64,000 nucleotides of DNA from Escherichia phage ES17. Shown piece after piece: positions 1 to 10,815 of this stretch. The notes beneath the pieces were generated by a model. It was not told the DNA's origin, did no database searches, and saw nothing but the letters and a program-made list of their open reading frames with translations. How positions within the stretch are numbered: the stretch's first letter is position 1; every line of letters starts with the position of its first letter. The stretch lies in the sequence record NC_070984.1. One strand, written 5' to 3'. Both the position numbers and the translations under genes were made by a program.

Positions 1-92
1 TTACAAATGCCCCTGCTGAGATAAATTATCCTGCCAATTATGGGTTATATCTTGAAGTCATTGGCGTAGTTACAGGAGGAGGTGAGGTACGA

Positions 93-2135
93 GTGGTGCC
101 AGGGACAAACAATAATAACTACTACTCAGTTTTCTCTGTAAGCTGGACTGGAGGAGTTGGTTCCCGAGTATTTACAGTACGAGAAGAGCTGTCTTCCGCT
201 CGCCCTGTGACTATCTCTCAGGGTGGCACAGGGGCAACTACTGCAAGTGCTGCACGTACTAAACTTGGTTTAGGTTTGGTTTCCACTGAATCAATTGTAC
301 CTATTACCAAAGGTGGTACAGGAGCTACTTCATCAGAGAATGCTCGACTAGCTCTAGTTGCAGCTAAGAGTGGTGATAACTCTGATATCACCTCGATGAC
401 CAACAAGGTTACTTTCACACAATCTCCAGTAATTCCTGATGCTGTAGATGATAATGACGCGGTTGCTTTGAGACAGTTGCATACAAGTGAAGCAGATTTG
501 CTGGCAAGGCTGAAAAGTAGTAATGCAGGTGAAGGTGCATCCCTTATTACCTTTGAAAATGGTAATTCTGTTGAGAGTCTTTCCAGTAAAGATGGGGCTA
601 AAAACATTGGCAGTGGTGAGAGAAGTTTGCTTGTCCGTAACAACGACATTAAGCATTCAGGAGATTTCCCTACCTTACAAGCTGCGGTAAATGCATCGTT
701 ACCAAAAAACGACTTAATTGTTTCCCCCGGTGAATACAGTGAAGCGATTACTATTGGTAGTACACAGTTAAAGGGTGTTGGTGGAGCCACGGTACTGAAA
801 GCTCCGTCAAACTTTACAGACACTATTCAGGTTAAGGCATCTACGCCTCATTGGCAATTCCGCCATAGTGGTGGTTTTGCTATAGATGGTTCTGGGACAA
901 CCGGGGCTGTAGGTATTAGTTTTGACCCGACCGACCAATATGCTGGTCGTCACAACTTTAGTGACGTATACATCCATAACATTAACAAGGCCATTCAGAA
1001 ACCTTCCGGGAATATAGGTAATACATGGAAAGGCATTGGCGTGCAAGGTTGTGACTGGGGTTACTGGGCACAGTCTGCTTCTGAGATGCACTTAGGCTCT
1101 GACACCCTTCAGAACATGCACTTTGATGGTATTAGCACTTACTGTGTTTACTTGAACGCTACAACAGGAGAAGCGCCTGGTACATTCGGAGGTGGTGTAG
1201 GCGGCTGGTGGATTAAAGATAGTATTATGGAAGCCTCTGGCGGTGGTGGTATTTACCTCAAGAACAAGGATGGTGACTGCCCTACTGCCCCATGTGGTGT
1301 ATCCAATGTATGGATGGAAGCTATCGCTACTACTCCAGCTATTAATGTAGATGGTGTATCTCAGAAGCCTCGTGTCCTTAAACTTATTGATACCAGTATC
1401 TTCTTTGCAGAGTACACATACCTTAATAACGTAGAGCTTCAGAACTCCAACCTTGTTACTTATGGCTGCCGAGTAGATAATTCAGATGGCCACATGGATA
1501 TCTCTGTAGATGCCAACAGCAGTTTTGTGGCTGATCAATTGTACCTGAATGGTAGCTCCGGCAAAGATGTAATGGTACGTTCTGTAGCGGCTCAGACAGG
1601 CAAGATTGGGCAAAGCTGGACACCTAATATGAGTATGCGTGGATACCTGCCGGAAGGATACATCTATCGTGTACCTGGTAATAAGCTGGTAGTTAAACCC
1701 TTCGATGGAGGTACTGCTGAATTTAGTGGTACGGCAAGCAGCACTGGGAGTTTGCAGCCACAAGGCCAGTTATCTCAGAGCTGCATGTACTTCGAAATCC
1801 CTGGTGCTGCTGAGTATGAGCTTACTGGTGCTGCATTTCAGATAACTTCCGGTAACTGGTATGTATGGGGCATTAGCACTGAACTGGTACAGGGAACCCC
1901 TACAAACTTCCGCATCGGTGGAGATATCAATGTAGGTGAAGTATTTACTAAGGGGGGCCAGTGGGTGAGTACCTTTGGTGTAGCTCAGGCTAGTGCTTCC
2001 GGTTCAGTGAACCTGCGCCTAAGTACAGCCGGTACAGGCGGAGTAGTCCTACGCCTCGCTGATTACTTCGTAGCGGAGTTCACTACTCAGGCAGAGGCTA
2101 TGCGCTTCGCTAATAGTAGACGTGCCCTGCGTTAA
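93..2135 (+). CDS. Tail fibre / tailspike protein
   Basis: 680-aa ORF, GTG start after AGGAGGAGGTGAGG; N-terminal ISQGGTGATTASAARTKLGLG motif typical of phage tail fibres; frame is open back to window start so true N-terminus may lie upstream. Confidence 0.6.
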   Translation: MVPGTNNNNYYSVFSVSWTGGVGSRVFTVREELSSARPVTISQGGTGATTASAARTKLGLGLVSTESIVPITKGGTGATSSENARLALVAAKSGDNSDITSMTNKVTFTQSPVIPDAVDDNDAVALRQLHTSEADLLARLKSSNAGEGASLITFENGNSVESLSSKDGAKNIGSGERSLLVRNNDIKHSGDFPTLQAAVNASLPKNDLIVSPGEYSEAITIGSTQLKGVGGATVLKAPSNFTDTIQVKASTPHWQFRHSGGFAIDGSGTTGAVGISFDPTDQYAGRHNFSDVYIHNINKAIQKPSGNIGNTWKGIGVQGCDWGYWAQSASEMHLGSDTLQNMHFDGISTYCVYLNATTGEAPGTFGGGVGGWWIKDSIMEASGGGGIYLKNKDGDCPTAPCGVSNVWMEAIATTPAINVDGVSQKPRVLKLIDTSIFFAEYTYLNNVELQNSNLVTYGCRVDNSDGHMDISVDANSSFVADQLYLNGSSGKDVMVRSVAAQTGKIGQSWTPNMSMRGYLPEGYIYRVPGNKLVVKPFDGGTAEFSGTASSTGSLQPQGQLSQSCMYFEIPGAAEYELTGAAFQITSGNWYVWGISTELVQGTPTNFRIGGDINVGEVFTKGGQWVSTFGVAQASASGSVNLRLSTAGTGGVVLRLADYFVAEFTTQAEAMRFANSRRALR

Positions 2136-2159
2136 GAGTAATGACATTACTATAAGCAA

Positions 2160-2180
2160 AACCCCGCTTAGGCGGGGTTA
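2160..2180 (+). terminator. Stem-loop after tail fibre gene (CCCCGC-TTAG-GCGGGG)
   Basis: Perfect 6-bp GC stem 25 nt after stop; no clean U-run on plus strand, so weak as intrinsic terminator. Confidence 0.35.
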
Positions 2181-2361
2181 GCTTCCATAGGGTAGTTGTT
2201 TTCCCTGATGTAGTGGAATTTATCGGAGACAATGAGCTGGCTGCTTTGTTGCATTCTGATAAATAGTTCATAACTCCCCTTCGAGGCCTTTAGTAGTAAG
2301 TACCTTTAGTAAGTAATGAAACTAATATATCCCAAGAGGTTAATACATAGGAGACAGATAA

Positions 2362-2580
2362 ATGAAAATGATGAAACAAGCTGCATATGGTTTAATATGC
2401 TTAGGCGCAGGTGTTGTGGTATCCACCGCAGTTCCTGTAGGCGCAGTTCATCCATTAGTTACAGCACCTTCTCCAGTAGAGAAGCTTAGCTCTCAATGTA
2501 AACAGAGAACAATTCAAAATAACCTAGTTGTTATTTGTCCTGATGCTGAATCTAACGCTCTGAGAAAGATACTACCTTAA
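2362..2580 (+). CDS. Small membrane/secreted protein upstream of endolysin (possible lysis accessory)
   Basis: 72 aa, N-terminal hydrophobic segment GLICLGAGVVVSTAV; RBS GGAGACAGATAAATG. Confidence 0.4.
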   Translation: MKMMKQAAYGLICLGAGVVVSTAVPVGAVHPLVTAPSPVEKLSSQCKQRTIQNNLVVICPDAESNALRKILP

Positions 2581-2609
2581 TTTAAAGGGACCACAAAAGG
2601 AGGTTAGAA

Positions 2610-3101
2610 ATGGATAACGCCGCATTGCCACCTGTACAATTAAACTTAAGCCCAGCTGGAATGGAATTCATTATGAAGCATGAAGGTATGAGAACCAAGG
2701 CTTATAAAGATTCCGCAGGCATCTGGACGATATGTGTAGGGGCTACGCGCGATATGAATGGTTATCCGGTTAGACAAGGATTAACGTATTCTATAGAGGA
2801 TTGTCTAGCTCTGCTAGATAGAGACACACAAGACTCTGTTCGTGCTACTCAGAAGAACATAAAAGTTCCTTTACTAGTTCATGAGTTTGATGCACTCACT
2901 TCTTTCAATTTTAATGTTGGAAGTGGTGCTTTGAGCACATCTAAGTTAAGGAAGGTTATCAATGGAGATGTTAAAGGGGATATTTATTCCGAATTTCTTC
3001 GTTGGGATAAGATAACGGTCAAGGGAGTGAAGCAGAGAAGTCAGGGTCTTCATAACAGAAGGGTTGCAGAAGCTGATCTTTATACCGAAGGTAAATATTA
3101 A
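2610..3101 (+). CDS. Endolysin, GH24 (T4/lambda-type) lysozyme
   Basis: HEGMRTKAYKDSAGIWTICVGAT matches GH24 catalytic Glu / Asp / Thr region; RBS AAAGGAGG. Confidence 0.85.
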   Translation: MDNAALPPVQLNLSPAGMEFIMKHEGMRTKAYKDSAGIWTICVGATRDMNGYPVRQGLTYSIEDCLALLDRDTQDSVRATQKNIKVPLLVHEFDALTSFNFNVGSGALSTSKLRKVINGDVKGDIYSEFLRWDKITVKGVKQRSQGLHNRRVAEADLYTEGKY

Positions 3102-3113
3102 TGGAGGTGCCTC

Positions 3114-3917
3114 TTGGCTATTGAAACTAATGCGGTAGTAGTTACCGACTTAAACCCACTCTATCCTCGTGATAGAGATTATATCTATGAAGGTGCAGCC
3201 CAGCTGCGCCTAGTTAAGCAAGTATTACAGAACACATTCCCCAACTTAACTGAGCCTATGACTGTAAACTCTGACACACTAGCTGCTATCTCTGACAAGA
3301 TCTCTTTTGCTGGTGACTATATGGATGTTGGTGGTTTGATGATTAAGAATGGTACAGCAGGTACTGGTAATAACGACTTTACCACCAAAGCCCAAATGGA
3401 ATCTTTTATGCTCAACTGGATGCAGAATAAGATTTACAGGGTTGGGTCTTATTACATCACTGAGGAAGATATTAACCCGGGAGATTCTACATCTTTAGGG
3501 TTTGGTATCTGGACACAAGTTACTGGTGTTATCATGGGTGCTGGGGTTGTGACCCCTGATGGGACAGTCCCTAATGCTCAGCGTGTGGAGTTTACTGCTG
3601 GTGCTACAGGTGGTCGTGTTTACAACACAGTTAAGACAGAGAACCTGCCATTGACTACAATCTCTGGTTCAAGTTTTTCTCTTTCTAACTATACACACTC
3701 ACATACTACATCATTTGGACGTGGAGATGCAAGTGGACATAACAGCTCACCTAACTGGTATAATCCGGGGGTTAGTTATTCTGTTGCATCAAGTTCTGAT
3801 ACTCACACCCACACCATTACAGGTGATGCAACATTTGGCTATGATGATGTATCTCGTCAACCTATAAATACGTTACCACCCTTCCGTGCAGCATATATCT
3901 GGAGACGTATCAGTTAA
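3114..3917 (+). CDS. Putative tail fibre / structural protein
   Basis: 267 aa, TTG start, Gly/Ser/Thr-rich, sits in structural gene run. Confidence 0.4.
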   Translation: MAIETNAVVVTDLNPLYPRDRDYIYEGAAQLRLVKQVLQNTFPNLTEPMTVNSDTLAAISDKISFAGDYMDVGGLMIKNGTAGTGNNDFTTKAQMESFMLNWMQNKIYRVGSYYITEEDINPGDSTSLGFGIWTQVTGVIMGAGVVTPDGTVPNAQRVEFTAGATGGRVYNTVKTENLPLTTISGSSFSLSNYTHSHTTSFGRGDASGHNSSPNWYNPGVSYSVASSSDTHTHTITGDATFGYDDVSRQPINTLPPFRAAYIWRRIS

Positions 3918-3926
3918 GGAGGAAGT

Positions 3927-6884
3927 ATGGCTCTTTACCCAATAAAATCTTTGGGTGCGGTTGGTGTTATTGCCGACCAATCTCCTACAGATCTGGCTCC
4001 TAATGCATTTACTAATGCAATTAATGCTCGGTTTGTAGAACAGCGTGTGTTTAAGACGGGGGGCTCTGCCCCTCTTTCTTACGTTGAAAGTGATAAAGAA
4101 ATAAGACCATTATCATTCACTTCAATGCCTTTTGACTACTTCAGTGCTAACAATAGTTTCTTACTGGTAGGTACAGATAAGAGTATTTTTAGATTAAATA
4201 ATGAATCTATGGTTGATGTTAGTCGAAGAGTGGCTACAGTCACCAAAAAAGCAGTATCTTATGTCAAGATAAACCCCGTACTAACAGAGATCGTCCCTAA
4301 AGAAACATCTGTTATTATGAATCTTAATGAAAGCAAGGTTCTCGAGGTATCTCTTCTTCCAGAAGGTGTTGTTACTCCATCCCTTGTGTGGGAGGTTAGT
4401 AATCCCTCCTATGGTTCAATATTAGTTGACCCTGATGATAGTAAGAAAGCTACATTGAGTGTCTTATCTAATGAGGGTAGCTTTACTGTCACTGTCTCTA
4501 ATGAAGATGAATCTGTAACTACCAGTATCTCCGTAAAGGTTGTTGATTCTGATTCTGGTATCTTCCTTAACCGGGACTCTGTTCAACTTCGTAAAGGTGG
4601 AACAACCACACTTACAGCAACAACCAGCAAGACCCCACTAACGTGGACTTCTTCTAACCCGTCCATTATATCTGTGGCGCCTAATGGTGACACTACTACA
4701 GCAATATTAACCGCTCAAGGAGTAGGTAATGCACTGATAACAGTAAGCAATGGGTCTAAAACCTCGGAATGCTCTGTTAGTGTTATCAATCAGATTGACA
4801 GTATATCTTTAAGTCAAACAGATTTACAAATTAACCGTGGGACGTCATATGTCTTATACTCTAGTTTAATTCCATCAAATGCTGCAAATCAGAGAATAAC
4901 TTGGACTTCCTCTAACCCAAATATCGCCACTGTTTCGGGAACAGGTCTTCAAGGAACTGTCTCTGGGTTAACTGCTGGGTTTACAGTTATAACAGCAACT
5001 ACGGAAGAAGGTGAAAGGACCGCCACCTGTAACGTCAGGGTTGAGTTATCAAGTAGGGCCCTTTTTTCTGCTGCATCAGCTCCTTCTGAAGAACCTAGTT
5101 CTACGGATTCAGATATTGACACCTCATCTATGTCAGAGGGCAATGCTTTTTATGACTATTCTATGGTTGATGGTGTTGAAGCCTATTCTATAAATGAAGT
5201 CATGTCTAGGTCAACTCAGCTTGAATCCTTAACTCTTGACATTGTGGATACTGAAATTGATGTTGGAGATGAGTTAGTAATAACTGCAACGGCATTCCCT
5301 GAAGGGGAGTACCTTTATAATTGGGTGGTAGATCAGCCGGGGTATATATCCTCTACTTCCACTACCGACTCTTCCTTTACCTTAACTGCTATTAAGACTG
5401 GCAAAGTGAAGATAACCTGCACTGCTAGTCAAGTAGCTCGTAGAGACTATGAAGCATTTGAGAAGTATCCTTGGTATAATACGATTATCTCTAACTGCGC
5501 AGTATTCACTACTCACTACGAAACCCCTCAAGTAAAAGAGTTTGCCTCTGAGTATTTCACAGATCTTCCGGGGTGGGGTGAGCAGACAATAGTAGATGCT
5601 AATGGGAACCCTTCTGTTGTAAAATATAACTGGAAGTGCGAAAGGATTCGTGCATTTAATAATCGTCTATTTGCTCTTAATATGCGAGAGTCTAATGCAT
5701 CAGGAGTTACTACTCACTACCCTCTTCGACTTCGCTGGTCTAACTATGCTAATGAGAATAAGGCACCTACTTTATGGGATGATTTTGCTTATGATAGATA
5801 TGTGACTTCAGATTTAGCAGCAAATGTTGTAGGTCAAACTGAGGCTCTAGAAAATGGATATGCCGGATACATAGATTTAGCTGACTCAAACGGTAGCTTA
5901 GTCGAAATTCTTCCTCTTAAGGATTATCTATTTATCTATACGGAGTTTGAGACTTACATTGGATCCCCAACTAACAACACATATCAACCTCTAATGTTCA
6001 AGAAGCTCTTCAACGACTCTGGAATCTTAGCACCTGAGTGTGTAGTTGAAGTTGAGAGCGGACATTTCGTGGTCACTCAGAATGATGTTATTCTACACAA
6101 TGGTGCAACCAAGAAGTCTATTGCATCTAACAGGGTCAAGAATATGCTTATCAACGAAGTGTGTTTAGTAAACCCTTTGGCTACTAAAGTTCATCTTCAC
6201 CAAGACAAGAAGGAAGTGTGGATTCTTTATGTAGGACCCGGAGAACCTGCTGGGAGCTTTGCTTGTACGAAAGCCGCTGTATGGAACTATGAGTTTGATA
6301 CGTGGTCTTTCCGTACAATCCCATTCTCTCATTGTATTGGTTTAGTCGATCCTCCTACTTTAGAGAAAGGTCCTACTTGGGTTGATTTCCAAGAGTACAC
6401 TTGGGATGACCCTTCAATCAGTGAACTTGTGTGGAGAAAGGATTCTACTAACTTCCGTCAGAGAGTTACTGTAGTAGGTTCTTGGATGAAAGGTTTTTAC
6501 CAAGTGGACATAGGTCCTTATGACTACTCTTATGATAGGCTGAATGATATTGTTGTCAAAAAGCCCCTAGAGATGAGACTGGAAAGAACTGGTATAGATT
6601 TTGACAACGTAACTAATGAATGGAATCAAAAGCACATAAACCGATTCCGTCCACAAGTAACCGGGTCAGGTACGTACATATTCCAAGCTGGTGGTAGTCA
6701 GTATTCGGATCAAGAGGATAGGCATATTCATAGTGAAAAGTCTTATACAATTGGTGTGGACAGACATGTAGGTGTCCGACTGAACCATCCGTATCTATTC
6801 TATAATGTTATAGATAATGATGTTAACAGTAATGCAGCAATCAATGGTCTAACTATTGAGTTTGCTGTTGGCGGGCGAAGATAA
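3927..6884 (+). CDS. Large structural protein with bacterial Ig-like (Big_2-type) repeats
   Basis: 985 aa; three repeats of the LTWTSSNPSIISV...TAxGxG..ITV type between aa 130-360. Confidence 0.55.
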   Translation: MALYPIKSLGAVGVIADQSPTDLAPNAFTNAINARFVEQRVFKTGGSAPLSYVESDKEIRPLSFTSMPFDYFSANNSFLLVGTDKSIFRLNNESMVDVSRRVATVTKKAVSYVKINPVLTEIVPKETSVIMNLNESKVLEVSLLPEGVVTPSLVWEVSNPSYGSILVDPDDSKKATLSVLSNEGSFTVTVSNEDESVTTSISVKVVDSDSGIFLNRDSVQLRKGGTTTLTATTSKTPLTWTSSNPSIISVAPNGDTTTAILTAQGVGNALITVSNGSKTSECSVSVINQIDSISLSQTDLQINRGTSYVLYSSLIPSNAANQRITWTSSNPNIATVSGTGLQGTVSGLTAGFTVITATTEEGERTATCNVRVELSSRALFSAASAPSEEPSSTDSDIDTSSMSEGNAFYDYSMVDGVEAYSINEVMSRSTQLESLTLDIVDTEIDVGDELVITATAFPEGEYLYNWVVDQPGYISSTSTTDSSFTLTAIKTGKVKITCTASQVARRDYEAFEKYPWYNTIISNCAVFTTHYETPQVKEFASEYFTDLPGWGEQTIVDANGNPSVVKYNWKCERIRAFNNRLFALNMRESNASGVTTHYPLRLRWSNYANENKAPTLWDDFAYDRYVTSDLAANVVGQTEALENGYAGYIDLADSNGSLVEILPLKDYLFIYTEFETYIGSPTNNTYQPLMFKKLFNDSGILAPECVVEVESGHFVVTQNDVILHNGATKKSIASNRVKNMLINEVCLVNPLATKVHLHQDKKEVWILYVGPGEPAGSFACTKAAVWNYEFDTWSFRTIPFSHCIGLVDPPTLEKGPTWVDFQEYTWDDPSISELVWRKDSTNFRQRVTVVGSWMKGFYQVDIGPYDYSYDRLNDIVVKKPLEMRLERTGIDFDNVTNEWNQKHINRFRPQVTGSGTYIFQAGGSQYSDQEDRHIHSEKSYTIGVDRHVGVRLNHPYLFYNVIDNDVNSNAAINGLTIEFAVGGRR

Positions 6885-6890
6885 TACTAA

Positions 6891-6918
6891 GGGAGCTTCG
6901 TGCTCCCTTTTCTTGTTT
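6891..6918 (+). terminator. Intrinsic terminator
   Basis: GGGAGC-TTCG-TGCTCCC hairpin followed by TTTTCTTGTTT, 7 nt after stop of 3927-6884. Confidence 0.65.
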
Positions 6919-6934
6919 ATTATAAGGAGGGTCT

Positions 6935-7903
6935 ATGGGTGCTGGTGGCTTTCGTAAGAATACCGGAAGAAACAACACAACACAACCTTATAGTGTGGGC
7001 TTTCTAAACACCTCTGAGAGTGTAGAAACCAATAACGTTGCAATATATGATGAACTCCAGAACATTAGCACTGCAACCAATCAAATGTTCCAAGCTATAG
7101 ATGAAATCCACGAGGAGATTGATGTTCGTATTAAAGCTCTTCATGCTATGAATTTGCAATTCGATGAATTAGAGAACCGTGTTACAACAGAGATTGAGAC
7201 TGCCATTGCAGATATCATAACACAAATGGGTAATCTATCCACTGATGATATTTGGGATAACTCTGTTCAGCCTCCTGTTAAGTTAGATTCAACTATGTCT
7301 GGTATTAAGACTTCTATAGAAGGCAATACAGCATCTATTCAAACTGTCGAAGGCATTGTCAATGATCAAGGACAAGAGATTGCCCTTATTCAGTCTGATT
7401 TAACTAACGGGACAGGTAGTGCTTCTCAATATATGAAACTCACTGAATATGAAGCTACTTGGGGAGTAAATTCCACAGTAAATGGAAAGACAGCAGGAGT
7501 AAAACTGACAAATAATGGTTCTGTAAGCCAATTCCAAGTCACAGCTGATAAGTTTGTGGTATCTGATGGCACATCAGGAAGTACTCCCTTCAAGGTTGAG
7601 AATGGAAGGGCTGTTATGGAGTTTGCTGATATTACTAATGTCAATATTACAACAGCTCAAATAGCAACAGCTAGGATTGAATGGGCACAGATTGATAATG
7701 TTAGTATAACAAATGCACAAATCACAAGTCTCTCCGCTGATAAGATAACGGCTGGGTCTATGTCAGGGACTAATTGGCGTCTTACAGTTGGCGGTGACTT
7801 TGTTTTAGGTGGAACAGGTGGTGCACAATTATGGATGAATGGAAACAGAATAGATTTCTACGACGGAAGTGGTGCTCTAAGAATTAGAATAGGGAGTTGG
7901 TAA
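6935..7903 (+). CDS. Virion structural protein (tail-associated?)
   Basis: 322 aa ORF with RBS AAGGAGGG; no recognisable catalytic motif. Confidence 0.4.
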   Translation: MGAGGFRKNTGRNNTTQPYSVGFLNTSESVETNNVAIYDELQNISTATNQMFQAIDEIHEEIDVRIKALHAMNLQFDELENRVTTEIETAIADIITQMGNLSTDDIWDNSVQPPVKLDSTMSGIKTSIEGNTASIQTVEGIVNDQGQEIALIQSDLTNGTGSASQYMKLTEYEATWGVNSTVNGKTAGVKLTNNGSVSQFQVTADKFVVSDGTSGSTPFKVENGRAVMEFADITNVNITTAQIATARIEWAQIDNVSITNAQITSLSADKITAGSMSGTNWRLTVGGDFVLGGTGGAQLWMNGNRIDFYDGSGALRIRIGSW

Positions 7904-7904
7904 T

Positions 7905-8936
7905 ATGGCATATGGAATATGGACACAACCAGTAGGGCCGGGGCCAGCAACCCCCGCTCCCTTGTTTATTGATAGCGGAAGTACTTTCCCTCAGTTCAAG
8001 AATAGTATAAGAGGGAGCTTTAACTTTAATGGAGCTGGGAGATCTTTCCCTATTAGTGGATGGGATGGCAGTGGTCAGATAGTTATTGTTCCTACCGGTT
8101 CTTTATGCTGGCAATGGGAAGTCCCTCCTAACCTAGTTCCTGATGTTTATTGTGTGAATAATATCTATGTAGAAAACAACTCCTCTTTTAGAGTTACTCT
8201 GAATCAGAACCCCGGTAGTAATCCACTATTCGATTGTGGGTTCAACGTATATCAAATATGGCCTAGAGCGGATAGGAATTATGGAATTACCTTTTCTAAT
8301 ACAGCAGACTACTTCTCAATATCTGACAGTGGGGTCGTCGGTCAATGTATTTGGGCTTGGCAGGGGACCATAAACAATGCCCTTCAGATACCAAATATCG
8401 GTGGGTTCAATATGACCAATGCTGTTGTGTTTGCTAATTGGTCTGATGGAGGGGTAGGACTATCTTATACCTCTGATGACAGGGTTATTCGCGTCTATCA
8501 GAACAGACCCTATGTCAACGGAAACACTAATGAAGGAGGGTCTGTCTTTGCGAGGGTTGCCGTATTCTGTAACGGAGCTGGTGTTCCTGAGCATAATGGA
8601 GGTTTGAATATTTACTCTCCGGGTACCACACAATGTGTCTTCTCTACTAACAGAACACCTTTCACTGTGGATACTTTTATAGGATCAGGAGGTGGTAACA
8701 CGGGAATGTCATACCCCATGATACCTCTTACCTCTGGGATAGGTGCAATAAAAGGCCGAGGCAGTGGATGGAGATATCAGCAAATGAGATCTCACACAAT
8801 GAGTGGTTCTACGATAGGAACTGGCTATGGAAGGTATTTGTTTCAGTGGGATCAAAATTACGACCTAGGAGCTGATACTGTAGTTAATTTATCAGTCCCT
8901 GTAATAAATGCAGCTAAGGTTTTTGCTGGACTATAA
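7905..8936 (+). CDS. Virion structural protein
   Basis: 343 aa; start overlaps previous stop (TAATATG); Gly/Asn-rich. Confidence 0.4.
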   Translation: MAYGIWTQPVGPGPATPAPLFIDSGSTFPQFKNSIRGSFNFNGAGRSFPISGWDGSGQIVIVPTGSLCWQWEVPPNLVPDVYCVNNIYVENNSSFRVTLNQNPGSNPLFDCGFNVYQIWPRADRNYGITFSNTADYFSISDSGVVGQCIWAWQGTINNALQIPNIGGFNMTNAVVFANWSDGGVGLSYTSDDRVIRVYQNRPYVNGNTNEGGSVFARVAVFCNGAGVPEHNGGLNIYSPGTTQCVFSTNRTPFTVDTFIGSGGGNTGMSYPMIPLTSGIGAIKGRGSGWRYQQMRSHTMSGSTIGTGYGRYLFQWDQNYDLGADTVVNLSVPVINAAKVFAGL

Positions 8937-8948
8937 CAAGGAGATATT

Positions 8949-9731
8949 ATGGCAATTAAAATGGGTATTGAAGAACTAGACCCAATGGTTCAACAGGCTT
9001 CAAAGAAGTATGGGATTCCTGCTGCTTTGATTCATGCTGTAATCCAAAGAGAGTCTAGTGGTCGTCCTACAGTAGCTTCTGGAACTGGTCCTGTAGGTTT
9101 AATGCAAATCAGTAAAGGGTTGGCTAAAGACTACGGATATAAATTGGAAGATAGATTGGACCCAGCAAAGAATATTGATATGGGTGCTCGGTATATCAGA
9201 GACAACCTAAAAGCTTTTAACGGTGACGTCAAGAAAGCAATGGTTGGTTATTCAGAAGGTATCGGCGGAGCTAAGCAAATGTTCGCTGGTAAAAGAGGGT
9301 TTACTCCACAGGCTCTTGATTCAATGAACAATAAACACTTTCTTCCTTTCTATGGTGATGCAGCTTCTCAGATTGCTAACCCTATTGGAGCTTTGCAAGC
9401 TGTTCAACCAGTTAACCAGTTTAGTCCGGATACTCTTGATAGAGAGAAGGCTGCTCAAGCTCCGACTCAGGCAGAAATTGCTGCTTCTAAGACTGGTGCT
9501 TTAGGCGGCAATCCAGTAGAGTTTTACTCTGATGAAGCACAGGAAGGAGAAGATCAGAAGCCTCAACAGAACTTTGGTAATGCAGTATTAGGAGTAGCTG
9601 CTATGCTTGCTGGTAAACCTCCTACTTCTCAAACAGTTCAGAGGGCAAGTGCACCACATGCAGCAGGTTCTCAGTACAGTCCACAAACACAAGCAGTGCT
9701 CAGACGTTTGGCTAGCATTGGTGTGAAGTAA
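8949..9731 (+). CDS. Lytic transglycosylase (SLT domain) virion protein
   Basis: ALIHAVIQRESSGRPTVASGTGPVGLMQI matches the SLT catalytic E-S ... GLMQ motif. Confidence 0.8.
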   Translation: MAIKMGIEELDPMVQQASKKYGIPAALIHAVIQRESSGRPTVASGTGPVGLMQISKGLAKDYGYKLEDRLDPAKNIDMGARYIRDNLKAFNGDVKKAMVGYSEGIGGAKQMFAGKRGFTPQALDSMNNKHFLPFYGDAASQIANPIGALQAVQPVNQFSPDTLDREKAAQAPTQAEIAASKTGALGGNPVEFYSDEAQEGEDQKPQQNFGNAVLGVAAMLAGKPPTSQTVQRASAPHAAGSQYSPQTQAVLRRLASIGVK

Positions 9732-9750
9732 TAATCGTTAAGGAGGACTT

Positions 9751-10803
9751 ATGTCTTTATTTGGAAAATCAGCTTCTAGCAAAACCACAGTGGCTCCTTC
9801 CTCTCAGGTTGATGCCCTGCTGAAGCAGATTGTTGCTAATGCTCAGAATATGCAGAACAACGATCAGGGTTTTATTTCCCAACAGCTGGCTGGGTTCAAT
9901 GGCAACCAACAAGGTGCTCTGAATAACTTAGCAGCTTCCACAACTCAAAAACAATTGGCTAATATGTACACACCTCGTACACAGCAAGGATTGGACCAAC
10001 TAAATGCTCTTGCCCAACAGTATCAGAATATTGTTAATAGTGGTGGAGTGACGGCTGAAGGGGTTAATAACTTTAGTAAAGGTTTGAATAACTCAGCTCT
10101 TGCACAAGCTACTAGCAAAGCAGCTTCTAATGTCTCTCTTGGTAATGGCTCTGACTCTGGCTCTCTCCGTAGGGCTGCGGCTCAAGGGGCTGCTTTGAAT
10201 GGTGCTAACACTAACCTGTCTCGTACTATCAGTGGCAAGAATATGGGGATCAGTGCTCTTCAACAAGACCAAAACTTCCAGAGAGGCTTACTTGGTGCTC
10301 AGTCAGGGTTAGCTGGACAGAATCTCAATCTTGGTGCTCAAGGTGTTCAGGCAACTCAACAGGCTATTCAGAATCAGCTCATGGCTGGTAATTTACAACA
10401 GCAGCAAGCTCAGGCTCAAGCTGATATCAATTGGCAGAACGCTATTGGCTCTCAGCAGTATGGATGGAATCAGCTTAACAACCAGCTTAATGTACTAAAC
10501 AGTGTAAGTCCAATGGCTGGATACACAATTAAGAATGCTGCTCCGGGAGTTAATGTTGGACAGCAGCTCCTAGGTGCTGGTATCACTGGATTAGGTATTG
10601 CAGGTCGTATGGGTGCTTTCTCTCCTAATCAACAGACTCAGAATGCTTGGAGTTCCTATAACAACTCAGGTGGGCAATCTGGAATGGCTGGTCCTATGAT
10701 TGGGGGTTCTAATCTTTCTCAACAGAGAGGTCAGTCTAACTGGTTATCCACAGCAGGTAGTAATATCTTAGGTGGTGTCTTAGGGGCATTTGGAGCAAAC
10801 TAA
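9751..10803 (+). CDS. Gln/Asn/Gly-rich internal virion protein
   Basis: 350 aa, low complexity Q/N/G; N-terminus MSLFG...FNGNQQGALNNLAAS paralogous to next gene. Confidence 0.4.
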   Translation: MSLFGKSASSKTTVAPSSQVDALLKQIVANAQNMQNNDQGFISQQLAGFNGNQQGALNNLAASTTQKQLANMYTPRTQQGLDQLNALAQQYQNIVNSGGVTAEGVNNFSKGLNNSALAQATSKAASNVSLGNGSDSGSLRRAAAQGAALNGANTNLSRTISGKNMGISALQQDQNFQRGLLGAQSGLAGQNLNLGAQGVQATQQAIQNQLMAGNLQQQQAQAQADINWQNAIGSQQYGWNQLNNQLNVLNSVSPMAGYTIKNAAPGVNVGQQLLGAGITGLGIAGRMGAFSPNQQTQNAWSSYNNSGGQSGMAGPMIGGSNLSQQRGQSNWLSTAGSNILGGVLGAFGAN

Positions 10804-10815
10804 AGGAGAATATCT

